A DNA stretch of 64,000 bases from an uncultured Eubacteriales bacterium (GTDB lineage Bacteria; Bacillota; Clostridia; Oscillospirales; CAG-272), in contig CATWNM010000001.1 in NCBI GenBank assembly GCA_958352145.1, positions 4,698 to 68,697 of the forward strand, given 5' to 3'. Below are positions 24,593 through 33,847 of this stretch, one piece after another. Position numbers and translations under genes: made by a program. Within the stretch, counting starts at the first letter, position 1. The number at the start of each line of letters is the position of its first letter. A model generated the notes under the pieces. It had not been told where the DNA came from and did not search any database. It was given only the letters and a program-made list of their open reading frames with translations.

Positions 24593-26349
24593 ACAAATGG
24601 CTCAAATATATCAAGCCATATAAAAAATACTTTTTTCTCGGGCCGCTGTGCATGATCGTTGAGGTCATCGGCGAGATCGTGATGCCAAAGCTGTACTCAA
24701 TCATCATCGGCCACGCAGAGGAACATCTAAGCGCCGAGGCGGAAGGATCGGTCTGGTACGTTACAGGCATTGCGGCACTGATGGTTCTTACCGCGCTGTT
24801 GATGATGGCGGGCGGAATCGGCGGCGCTTATTTCGGCGCAAAAGCCTCTGTAAACTTTGCAAGCGACCTGCGGCTGGACGTATACAAACGGGTGCAGGAA
24901 TTCTCCTTCGCCAATATCGACAAATTTCAGACCGGTTCTCTGATTACCCGCCTGACAAACGATGTGACGCAGCTTCAAAATTTCGTCAACATGCTGCTCC
25001 GCATGTTCTTGCGCGCGCCCGGCATGCTAATCGGCGCGCTGATCATGTGCATCACGCTCAGTCCGCGCCTTGCGCTGATTCTAGCCGTGGCCATCCCGGT
25101 GCTTACCATTCTGCTCGTCTTTGTAGTCAAAGTGGGCTTTCCCCGCTTCGGTGCCATGCAGACAAAAATAGACGCGCTGAACAATACGGTGGGTGAAAAT
25201 CTGACCAACATACGCGTAGTCAAATCCTTTGTTCGGGAAGACTTTGAAAATCAAAAATTCAAAAAGGCCAACGGTGATCTGAAAGAAGCCGGCCTGCGCG
25301 CCATGAACGTCATGATCTTCACCCAGCCGATCATGATGCTGGTTATGAACCTGACTTCGCTTGCCGTGATTTATTTCGGCGGCAATATGGTTATCGGCGG
25401 AAGTCTGGAAATTCAGGATTTTTCGGCGTTGCTGACCTACATTACGCAAATTCTCATGTCCTTAATGATGGTCACCATGCTCTTTATGATCAGTTCACGC
25501 GCACTGGCTTCCTCGCGCCGGATTACCGAAGTGCTGGAGGAAAAAATTGATCTTGACGATACGGACGCCGCATATAAAGACAAAAAGGTGGAAAAAGGCG
25601 AGGTCGAATTTAAAAACGTCGGCTTCCGCTATTATAAAAACAGTCCGGACGAGGTTCTAAGCGGGATCAGCTTTAAGATCCGCGCCGGCGAAACGCTCGG
25701 CATTATCGGCGGCACCGGCAGCGGCAAGACGACGCTCGTGTCCTTGATTCCCCGCCTGTACGATGCAGACGAAGGCGAAATCCTCATCGACGGCATCAAT
25801 GTGAAGGACTACAAAATGCATACGCTTCGGGACGGCATCGGTATGGTACTTCAGAAAAATCTTCTTTTTGCCGGCACCATCGAAGAAAATCTTCGCTGGG
25901 GGGATGAAAACGCCTCTGAAACCGAGCTCAAACAGGCAGCGCAGTTTGCGCAGGCGGATAATTTTATTCAGAGCTTCGGCGACGGCTATACGCATGAGAT
26001 CGAACGCGGCGGCGCCAATGTTTCCGGCGGACAAAAACAGCGGCTGTGCATTGCGCGCGCGCTTCTGAAAAGGCCGAAGATTCTGATCTTAGACGACTCG
26101 ACAAGTGCCGTGGACACCGCGACCGAAGCCAAAATCAGAGAAGCGTTCAGAACCAGCCTGAAAGACTCCACCAAAATTATTATCGCGCAGCGCATCTCCT
26201 CCGTTATGGATGCGGACAGGATCCTCGTGCTGGAGGATGGGCGGATCGCCGGCCTTGGCAGTCACGACGAACTTATGCAAAGCTGCGAGGAGTACCGTGA
26301 AATCTATACGCTGCAGATAGAAAGCAAGGAGGCGGCGGAAAATGGCTAA
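24589..26349 (+). CDS. ABC transporter ATP-binding/permease protein (exporter half 1)
   Basis: Six-TM domain plus NBD with Walker A GGTGSGKTT, signature VSGGQKQR and Walker B ILILDD. The TTG start overlaps the marR stop. Confidence 0.88.
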   Translation: MNKWLKYIKPYKKYFFLGPLCMIVEVIGEIVMPKLYSIIIGHAEEHLSAEAEGSVWYVTGIAALMVLTALLMMAGGIGGAYFGAKASVNFASDLRLDVYKRVQEFSFANIDKFQTGSLITRLTNDVTQLQNFVNMLLRMFLRAPGMLIGALIMCITLSPRLALILAVAIPVLTILLVFVVKVGFPRFGAMQTKIDALNNTVGENLTNIRVVKSFVREDFENQKFKKANGDLKEAGLRAMNVMIFTQPIMMLVMNLTSLAVIYFGGNMVIGGSLEIQDFSALLTYITQILMSLMMVTMLFMISSRALASSRRITEVLEEKIDLDDTDAAYKDKKVEKGEVEFKNVGFRYYKNSPDEVLSGISFKIRAGETLGIIGGTGSGKTTLVSLIPRLYDADEGEILIDGINVKDYKMHTLRDGIGMVLQKNLLFAGTIEENLRWGDENASETELKQAAQFAQADNFIQSFGDGYTHEIERGGANVSGGQKQRLCIARALLKRPKILILDDSTSAVDTATEAKIREAFRTSLKDSTKIIIAQRISSVMDADRILVLEDGRIAGLGSHDELMQSCEEYREIYTLQIESKEAAENG

Positions 26350-28237
26350 ACGAACGCTAAACGATCTTCAAAAACAATACAATTCCTATGCCGCGGCCAC
26401 ACAAAGCAGCCCGATGCGCGGACCGGGCGGTCCCGGCAGGCCCGGCGGACCGGGCGCGCACGGACGAACGGGCGGCTCAAAACCCAAGGGCGATGCAAAA
26501 AAAGTGATCCGGCGGCTGCTCTCGTATATCGGATCATACAAATACCTCCTGCTCGTGGCGTTCGTTTTCCTAATCCTCTCTACGCTTGCAGGTACGGCGG
26601 CTTCCTATCTGCTCCGTCCGATCGTCAATACGTTGGTCGACGGCAGCATGACTGTCTCCGCCCGGGCAGCCTACATCCTAAAAACCGTTTTTCTGCTGCT
26701 CGGCATCTATCTTGCGCAGGTGCTGTTCCAGTATCTGCAGGCCAAACTGATGCTGCGTATTTCTCAAAATGCGATGGAAAAGCTGCGCAACGATCTGTTT
26801 GCCAAGATTCAAAAACTGCCCGTCCGGTTCTTCGATAATGAGAGCCACGGCGAGATCATGAGCCGCTTTACAAACGACGTGGACAACGTCGCTACAATGT
26901 TTGACAGCACACTGACCAGCTTGATCTCCGGTTCCATCACCCTGATCAGCACCTTTGCCATTATGTGCTATACGAACATTTGGCTGACGCTGATTACCGT
27001 AGCATTCATTCCGGTATTTATTTTCGGCGGCGGCGCAATCGCCAAGCGGTCTCGCAAATATTATTCCTCGCAGCAAGCGGCGCTCGGCGCAGTAAACGGT
27101 TATATCGAGGAAAGCGTTTCCGGGCAGAAAGTCATCAAAGTCTTTAATCATGAGCAAACCTGCACAGAAGAATTTGCGCTGCTGAACGACGATCTGCGCG
27201 AAAAACAGATCTATGCGCAGTTCTATGGCGGTATCATGGGTCCGATCATGGGCAACGCCGGACAGATCAGCTATGCGCTGACCGCCGGAATCGGCGGTAT
27301 CCTCTGCCTGACACGCGGCTTTGACATTGGCGGACTTACGATATTTGTCAACTATGCCCGTCAGTTTGCCCGCCCGATCAATGAAATTTCCATGCAGATG
27401 AGCACGGTTTTCTCCGCATTGGCAGGCGCGGAGCGCGTGTTCAACGTACTGGACCGCTCCGAAGAAGAACCGGACGCGCCGAACGCAGACGACATGCCGC
27501 GCATGCAGGGATACGTTAAACTCCATGACGTCACTTTCGGCTATGTGCCGGGAAAAACCATTTTAAAGCATATTTCGCTTTACGCAAAACCAGGACAAAA
27601 GATTGCGTTCGTCGGATCGACCGGCGCTGGCAAAACCACAATTACAAATCTCCTCAATCGATTTTATGATATTGAAGCCGGGGAGATTACGATCGACGAC
27701 GTAAATATCCGAGCCATCAAGCGCGACGTGCTTCGCCAAAATATCGCCATGGTGCTTCAGGATACGCATCTTTTTACCGGAACCATCATGGAAAACATCC
27801 GGTACGGCCGCCTGGACGCAACCGACGGAGAAGTGATCCAAGCCGCAAAAACCGCCAGTGCTCATAGTTTTATTATGCGTCTGGAAAACGGATACGACAC
27901 GATGATCACCGGAGACGGCGCAAACCTGTCTCAAGGACAGCGTCAGCTTTTGAACATCGCGCGCGCCGCTATCTCCAAAGCGCCGATTCTAGTTCTGGAT
28001 GAAGCGACAAGTTCAGTAGACACCCGCACCGAACGGCATATCGAGCATGGTATGGACCGCCTGATGCAGAACCGCACCACTTTTGTCATCGCGCACCGTC
28101 TTTCCACCGTGCGGAACGCTAACGCTATCATGGTACTCGAAAACGGCGAAATTATTGAGCGAGGCACGCACGACGAACTTTTGGCGATGAAAGGCCGCTA
28201 TTACGAACTGTATACCGGAAAAAAAGAATTAGACTGA
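26342..28237 (+). CDS. ABC transporter ATP-binding/permease protein (exporter half 2)
   Basis: Gly/Pro-rich N-terminal tail, six-TM domain, Walker A GSTGAGKTT, signature LSQGQRQ and Walker B LVLDEA. It overlaps the upstream gene by 8 nt, which fits a heterodimeric exporter. Confidence 0.88.
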   Translation: MAKRTLNDLQKQYNSYAAATQSSPMRGPGGPGRPGGPGAHGRTGGSKPKGDAKKVIRRLLSYIGSYKYLLLVAFVFLILSTLAGTAASYLLRPIVNTLVDGSMTVSARAAYILKTVFLLLGIYLAQVLFQYLQAKLMLRISQNAMEKLRNDLFAKIQKLPVRFFDNESHGEIMSRFTNDVDNVATMFDSTLTSLISGSITLISTFAIMCYTNIWLTLITVAFIPVFIFGGGAIAKRSRKYYSSQQAALGAVNGYIEESVSGQKVIKVFNHEQTCTEEFALLNDDLREKQIYAQFYGGIMGPIMGNAGQISYALTAGIGGILCLTRGFDIGGLTIFVNYARQFARPINEISMQMSTVFSALAGAERVFNVLDRSEEEPDAPNADDMPRMQGYVKLHDVTFGYVPGKTILKHISLYAKPGQKIAFVGSTGAGKTTITNLLNRFYDIEAGEITIDDVNIRAIKRDVLRQNIAMVLQDTHLFTGTIMENIRYGRLDATDGEVIQAAKTASAHSFIMRLENGYDTMITGDGANLSQGQRQLLNIARAAISKAPILVLDEATSSVDTRTERHIEHGMDRLMQNRTTFVIAHRLSTVRNANAIMVLENGEIIERGTHDELLAMKGRYYELYTGKKELD

Positions 28238-28528
28238 TACCGCGTATTACCAGCAAAACTCCACACAATGCGGCTATATGCACAACATAAATTCCTGACC
28301 AGGCGAACAGTGAAAACTGTCCGCCTGATTGTGTTTTACTTTTCAAAACCGGTATTCGAAATTGGTTAGCGGCCTTTGTCCCACAGTGCAGTCCAGCAAA
28401 AATTTGCTTCAAAAACTACAAAAATCCTGAATTATACATTTTCATTTTTACGGATTATGCTACAATAGAATTGGATCATATTTATGCAGAGATTAAAAAC
28501 ACATTGGAAGAAAAGAGGAACACATTAG

Positions 28529-29841
28529 ATGAACCCAACAGAACTTTTTGGTACTGAAAAAATCAGTAAAATACTATTCAAGCTTGCACCGCCTGTCATG
28601 CTGGCTCAGTTGATTCAAGCACTTTATAATATTATTGACAGTTTATTTGTAGGGCGGTATTCTGATTCAGGTCTTACTGCTTTGTCTATCATTTATCCTA
28701 TACAGCTTTTTATGATTGCCTTGGCAGTTGGAACCAGTGTCGGTATCAACACCGTTATGGCGGCAAAGCTCGGTGTAGGCAGTAAAAAGGAAGCAGATGA
28801 GTTTGCTGGTGTAGGAACACCTTGGCAGTTGCCATGTGGTTCTTGTTTTCTTTGATCTGTTGGTTTATCATGCCCGCGTATGCAAGAATGTCTACAAACT
28901 CCGAAGCGGTTATAAATGATGTAATCACATATGGCAGAATCGTATGTGTTTTTAGTTTCGGGTTATTTCTGGAAAGTATCTGGACAAAAGTTCTGCAAGC
29001 AAACGGTGATATGAAAACTCCTATGGTTGCACAAATTATGGGTGCTATCACGAATATCATTTTGGACCCTCTGCTGATTTTCGGTATGTTTGGGTTTCCG
29101 AAAATGGGAATTGGCGGTGCTGCCGTTGCAACTGTAGCCGGACAAATCATAGCGGCGTTAATTGTATCAAAAAAGGGATTTCGGAAATCTCCTGCAAAAG
29201 AAGTGTATCCGAGACACATCGCAAAAATATTTCGTCTGGGTGTACCAAATATCCTGATGCAATCGGCATATACCTTTTACATATTAGGACTAAATTTGAT
29301 TTTAGCTACATTCTCCGATCAAGCGGTCACAGCGTTGGGACTATATTATAAATGGCAAACATTTTTCTTCATCCCGCTTGGAGCAATGCAGACCTGTATT
29401 GTACCTATTATCAGCTTCAACTATGCTGCAAGAAACATTGAACGCTGTAAAAAGACTCTGATAACTGCCATCGGCTTTGGGCTTGCACTGATGGCGGTGG
29501 GAACAATTTGCTTTGTTTCCATTCCGACACAAATGCTGCGGGTATTCACTTTGGATGATCTGGTAATTGAAATCGGACGGATTGGTTTCCGCTTTATTGG
29601 AATCAGCTTTTTACCGATGGTCACATCCCTAACTTTCCCTGTATTCTTTCAGGCAACAGGTTCCAGCCTGAAAAGCTCCCTTTTGACCGTTATCCGTACT
29701 GTAGCTCTATTTGTACCCTTGGGTTTTCTCTTCGCCCGGCTCGGACTGAATTATTTTTGGTTGACTTTCCCGATAACGGAAGCAATTACCAGTTTGGTTG
29801 GCGCTGTGTATTATCGTCAGTTCCTTGCAAGGAACATTTAA
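28529..29841 (+). pseudogene. MATE family efflux transporter interrupted by a frameshift near 28817-28824
   Basis: ORF 28529-28855 (N-terminal MATE TM1-3) and the frame open from 28801 to 29841 (rest of the MATE) overlap by 55 nt in different frames. Together they make a ~437-aa MATE. The gene is about 42% GC against ~58% in the flanks. Confidence 0.8.
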
Positions 29842-30026
29842 AAAACGAAAAGACGGATGCTGCCAAAGATCAGAATCCTAAAATAAGATATCGTCCGTAC
29901 AGACGTTGACATTGTCATAAGCATACGCACAGTGCAGTTTTTCCTTTTCGGATTGTTTTCTTTTCCTTGCCGATTAGAAAAAATAAAATCGCAACCGCTG
30001 GTTGCGGAAATACCATCCCGCCTTGG

Positions 30027-30055
30027 TTGCCCGCAACCGCGCTTTATGATACAAT
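30027..30055 (+). promoter_or_regulatory. candidate promoter of XRE gene
   Basis: TTGCCC-17 nt-(TGa)TACAAT, about 32 nt upstream of ATG 30088. Confidence 0.4.
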
Positions 30056-30087
30056 GATGGTAACAATACGAAAGGATACCCGCGCTT

Positions 30088-30762
30088 ATGAAATTCAGCA
30101 GCCAATTGGTACATTACCGAAAATCCAAAGGGATGAGTCAGGAGGAACTGGCGGCGCTCGTGGGCGTTTCCCGTCAAGCCGTGAGCAAATGGGAAACGGA
30201 AGAGGCGCTGCCTGATCTGAACAAAGCTATCGCGCTGGCAGAAGCGCTCGGCGTAAGTCTAGACGCGCTTTGCGGAAATGAGACGGCCGTCTCCTATCCT
30301 GCGCCGAAACAAGGCCATTCCGCCGATCAATCAAAGCGGTTCCGTCCGCTGATTGCCGTCGTCTTTTTTCTGCTTCTATGCGGAAGCTTTTTTATGGGGA
30401 TGCGCCTTAGCAGCAAACCGGCGCCTGACGTTTCCGTTTTGCCGGAAACCGTTTCAGTCACCGGCGTACAGTTTCATATGAAAGATGGCGCGGTTGCCTA
30501 TCAATTTATACCGAGTATCGTCAGCAGCACATATACCTATCAAATTTCTTTTGTAGGGAACGACGGTTCTTCTTATACTTTTGATGCAGGCTGCAGTGGA
30601 GGCGTCTGTTCCGGCATCGCCGCCGTCGGCGAGGGAATTTATTTGGTAACGGCGCTGATTCGCGACGGCGAGCGCATATGCACCGCGCCGCTTGCTTCGG
30701 AACTGACCGTTAGCGGCGGCACGGTCACCTGGCTGCCGATCGATGCATCCGGGCAGCGGTAA
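30088..30762 (+). CDS. XRE-family HTH regulator with one TM segment and extracytoplasmic C-terminal domain
   Basis: GMSQEELAALVGVSRQAVSKWETEEALPDLNKAIALAEALGVSLDAL is an HTH_3 motif. It is followed by the hydrophobic segment LIAVVFFLLLCGSFFMGM. Confidence 0.85.
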   Translation: MKFSSQLVHYRKSKGMSQEELAALVGVSRQAVSKWETEEALPDLNKAIALAEALGVSLDALCGNETAVSYPAPKQGHSADQSKRFRPLIAVVFFLLLCGSFFMGMRLSSKPAPDVSVLPETVSVTGVQFHMKDGAVAYQFIPSIVSSTYTYQISFVGNDGSSYTFDAGCSGGVCSGIAAVGEGIYLVTALIRDGERICTAPLASELTVSGGTVTWLPIDASGQR

Positions 30763-30798
30763 ATCGGCGACGTTTCAGAAACTTCCTTTTACGCAGTA

Positions 30799-30848
30799 AA
30801 AACCTCCCGTGGAGGAGCGGTATATACCGCTCCTCCACGGGAGGTTTT
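30799..30848. terminator. 50-nt perfect palindrome, bidirectional terminator
   Basis: AAAACCTCCCGTGGAGGAGCGGTAT|ATACCGCTCCTCCACGGGAGGTTTT. It has an A4 run on the left and a T4 run on the right. Confidence 0.75.
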
Positions 30849-30898
30849 GCAGCTTATCGAGGCATGAGAAGTGAGATAGGTGTTTCTCGACAGGCTGG

Positions 30899-30927
30899 AT
30901 CGGACAGCAAAAGCTGTCCGATTTTTT
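30899..30927 (+). terminator. second intrinsic terminator
   Basis: ATCGGACAGC-aaaa-GCTGTCCGAT followed by TTTTTT. Confidence 0.7.
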
Positions 30928-31003
30928 ATTGTATCGCGATTCCGAGCGCATGAAAATAGGAAATTCGCCATACAGTCCTGCAAATCAAAATTTTATGTTT
31001 TAC

Positions 31004-31032
31004 TTGCATCTTCCGCTATCGTATGCTACAAT
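31004..31032 (+). promoter_or_regulatory. orphan promoter TTGCAT-17-(TGc)TACAAT
   Basis: The -35 is at 31004-31009 and the extended -10 at 31024-31032. Confidence 0.5.
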
Positions 31033-31038
31033 GAATTC

Positions 31039-31122
31039 GCTGCGCGCGCATAGCCTCCCCTGCGCGCAGCAATGGGAATCCATCGACTTTTTCAGAAAAG
31101 GACTGTCCAAACAGTCCTTTTT
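31039..31122 (+). ncRNA. candidate ~85-nt small RNA or attenuating leader (no known family recognised)
   Basis: It starts about 7 nt after the -10. Hairpin GCTGCGCGC/GCGCGCAGC (31039-31070) has a 14-nt loop GCATAGCCTCCCCT. The terminator AAAGGACTGT-ccaa-ACAGTCCTTT plus TT spans 31097-31122. Confidence 0.35.
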
Positions 31123-31182
31123 GCTATATGATAGAGTATAGAAAGCAAATGTAAGACACACTAAATTTTGGAAGGTGAATTT

Positions 31183-31980
31183 ATGCCGGGAGCATACGCG
31201 CATTATAAAGTCGGGCAGAGCGTCTTGGCGCAATTGACGAAAGGCATACGCGATACAGCCGAGCAGGAATCCGAATTATATAATCTCGGTCTGCACGGCC
31301 CCGATCTGCTTTTTTACTACAAACCCTACCTACGCACACGCACAAGCGCGGCTGGTTTTCGCGCACACAAAAAAAGCGGCCGGGAATTTTTCACAGCCGC
31401 CGCGGCCGCAGCCGCCGCCTCTGAAAACACCGCCGCCGCGCGGGCTTATCTTTACGGCACGGTCTGCCATTTCGCGCTGGACAGCCTATGCCATCCGTAC
31501 GTAGAAGCCGCGATGAAAAAACAGCGCGCCAATCATCTGGAAATCGAAAGTTCGCTTGACCGCGCGCTGATGCTGGCGGACGGACTCGATCCGCTCTGTC
31601 ACCGGCCGTGCGCGCATATCCGGCCAAGCGAACGAAGCGCCGCCATAATCGCCCCCTTTTACAAAAGAATCCCGCCTAAAACCATTTTTGCAGCGGAAAA
31701 ATCCATGCTGGCCATCACAGATCTGCTCTATGCATCCCCTCTGATCAAACGACGGCGGATGCTGCGGCTGCTTAGAATGATTGGACTCGGCAGGCTGATC
31801 GGCGGCATGTTCATTCCCGAGCGGGACAATCCAAACTGCACAGAGAGCGACCGCGCGCTGACGGCTCTATGCGCGGAAGCGGTAGAATATTCATTGCGGC
31901 TAATCGGACAAATGGAAGCGTTTTTGTCTGACGGAACACCGCTCGGAAAGGAATTTGACCATACGTTCGGCGCGGAATAA
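31183..31980 (+). CDS. zinc-dependent phospholipase C-like family protein (uncertain)
   Basis: N-terminal YAHYKVG...LGLHGPDLLFYY and later H-rich positions (CHFALDSLCHPY) resemble the Zn_dep_PLPC fold family. GGAAGGTG RBS precedes ATG 31183. Confidence 0.5.
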   Translation: MPGAYAHYKVGQSVLAQLTKGIRDTAEQESELYNLGLHGPDLLFYYKPYLRTRTSAAGFRAHKKSGREFFTAAAAAAAASENTAAARAYLYGTVCHFALDSLCHPYVEAAMKKQRANHLEIESSLDRALMLADGLDPLCHRPCAHIRPSERSAAIIAPFYKRIPPKTIFAAEKSMLAITDLLYASPLIKRRRMLRLLRMIGLGRLIGGMFIPERDNPNCTESDRALTALCAEAVEYSLRLIGQMEAFLSDGTPLGKEFDHTFGAE

Positions 31981-32112
31981 ACAAAAGGATCGCGTTCAAT
32001 GTATCGCCCATACGCCCATAAAGCGCGGGAGTTTGGCAATGCAATTTCGTTTGCCTGCCCGAGCACCGCATTTTTATAAACTTTCGCGGACAAAAAGCGC
32101 AATAATTTTATA

Positions 32113-32141
32113 TTGCAACCATGCGCGCTTTTTGCTATAAT
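32113..32141 (+). promoter_or_regulatory. candidate promoter of DUF362 gene
   Basis: TTGCAA-17 nt-(TGc)TATAAT, 41 nt upstream of ATG 32182. Confidence 0.45.
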
Positions 32142-32181
32142 TAATATCATCCAAGACAGAATTTAAAATTCGGAGGCTGCT

Positions 32182-33291
32182 ATGGGAAACGCTAAAGTTT
32201 ACTTTACGAACATGCGCGCAAAAGCGGGTGAAAGTCTGCTGAAAAAGTTGAAACGGCTGATGAAGCAAGCCGGATTTGAAACGATCGATTTCGACGGGAA
32301 ATTCACCGCCGTCAAAATTCATTTCGGCGAACCGGGCAATCTCGCATATCTGCGCCCAAATTATGCGAAAGCCGTTTGCGACTACATAAAAGATCTCGGC
32401 GGAAAACCTTTTCTGACCGATTGCAACACGCTGTATGTCGGCGGACGAAAAAACGCGCTCGATCACTTGGACAGCGCATACGAAAATGGATATAATCCCT
32501 TTCAGACCGGCGTGCATTCGATCATCGCAGACGGACTCAAAGGGACAGACGAAGTCCTCGTACCGGTTGAGGGCGGCACTTATGTAAAAGAAGCCAAAAT
32601 CGGACGCGCGCTGATGGATGCGGATATCGTCCTATCGCTCAACCATTTCAAAGGGCACGAATGCGCAGGATTTGGCGGTGCGCTGAAAAACATTGGCATG
32701 GGCGGAGGAAGCCGCGCGGGAAAGATGGAAATGCACAGCGCGGGAAAGCCGTCCGTCGATCAAAAGCGCTGCATCGGCTGCGGTGCATGTTCGCGGATCT
32801 GCGCGCATAATGGCGCGGTTTTGGAAAACAAAAAGGCGCGCATCGATCATAATGCATGCGCCGGCTGCGGCCGCTGCATCGGCGTATGTCCCAAGGACGC
32901 GATCGTTGCCTCCATGGACGAAAAAGGCGAGATTTTAAACTGCAAAATTGCCGAATATACCAAAGCGATCCTCGCAGGCCGTCCAAATTTTCATATCAAC
33001 TTTGTGATCGACGTTTCGCCTTTCTGCGACTGTCACGGTGAAAACGACGCGCCCATCGTGCCCGACATTGGCATCTTCGCCTCCTTCGATCCCGTCGCGC
33101 TGGACACCGCCTGCGCGGAAGCAGTGCTGAAAGCGCCGATCCTCCAAGGTTCCATGCTGGATGAGGTCGAACACACCCACGGCGATCATTTTACCGACAT
33201 TTCACCCAATACCGCCTGGCGCACGCAATTGGAACATGGACAGGCAATTGGCATCGGTTCCATGACTTATGAACTGATCGAAGTCAAATGA
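32182..33291 (+). CDS. DUF362 domain protein with 2x[4Fe-4S] ferredoxin insert
   Basis: The N-terminus VYFTNMRAK...VKIHFGEPGN...FLTDCNTLY is DUF362-like. Two Cys clusters are present: CIGCGACSRIC and CAGCGRCIGVCP. Confidence 0.75.
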   Translation: MGNAKVYFTNMRAKAGESLLKKLKRLMKQAGFETIDFDGKFTAVKIHFGEPGNLAYLRPNYAKAVCDYIKDLGGKPFLTDCNTLYVGGRKNALDHLDSAYENGYNPFQTGVHSIIADGLKGTDEVLVPVEGGTYVKEAKIGRALMDADIVLSLNHFKGHECAGFGGALKNIGMGGGSRAGKMEMHSAGKPSVDQKRCIGCGACSRICAHNGAVLENKKARIDHNACAGCGRCIGVCPKDAIVASMDEKGEILNCKIAEYTKAILAGRPNFHINFVIDVSPFCDCHGENDAPIVPDIGIFASFDPVALDTACAEAVLKAPILQGSMLDEVEHTHGDHFTDISPNTAWRTQLEHGQAIGIGSMTYELIEVK

Positions 33292-33842
33292 CAGCCGGTT
33301 TTGAAATCATCCGCTCAAAAAGACGCACGCTGGCGCTGGAAATTACAAGGGACGTGCGGCTGCTGGTGCGCGCGCCGCTGTATGTTTCGCAGCGCGAAAT
33401 TGAAACCTGCGTCTCGGCGCACAGTGCATGGATCCAAAACAAACTGACCGCTGCCCGAGCGCGGATGGCGGCAATGTGCGCGCTGAGCGAAGATGAAATC
33501 ATGCAGTTGCGCAAACAGGCAGCGGATATACTGCCCGCAAAAACCACCTATTTTGCAGCGCGTATGGGACTGACCTACAACCGCGTTCGTATTACCAATG
33601 CAAAAAACCGTTTCGGCTCCTGCGGCAAAAACGGGAATATCTGTTATGCCTGGCGGCTGATGCTCTACCCCGAAACGGCGCAGGATTATGTGGTCGTGCA
33701 TGAACTCTGCCATCTGATCCACTTTAACCACTCCGCGGCATTCTATACACTGCTGTCCGGCGTGCTGCCCGATTATAAAGCGCGCGCGGCGCTGCTGAAA
33801 GCCGTGCCAACGACCAGCCAGCCGGATACATATGTGGTTTGA
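33288..33842 (+). CDS. YgjP-like (DUF45/M48-type) metal-dependent hydrolase
   Basis: HELCHLIHFNHS is an HExxH motif near the C-terminus, and the length and layout resemble the YgjP family. There is a 4-nt overlap with the upstream gene. Confidence 0.7.
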   Translation: MTAGFEIIRSKRRTLALEITRDVRLLVRAPLYVSQREIETCVSAHSAWIQNKLTAARARMAAMCALSEDEIMQLRKQAADILPAKTTYFAARMGLTYNRVRITNAKNRFGSCGKNGNICYAWRLMLYPETAQDYVVVHELCHLIHFNHSAAFYTLLSGVLPDYKARAALLKAVPTTSQPDTYVV

Positions 33843-33847
33843 ACAAA

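Noticed and set aside
28801-28855. Programmed ribosomal frameshift in the MATE gene.
   Set aside because: There is no slippery heptamer or downstream stimulatory structure at the frame junction. A simple indel or sequencing error is the more economical explanation.
31071-31130. A 19-codon ORF (MGIHRLFQKRTVQTVLFAI) inside the candidate sRNA.
   Set aside because: It has no Shine-Dalgarno sequence, and the ORF runs through the terminator hairpin. It is more likely non-coding.
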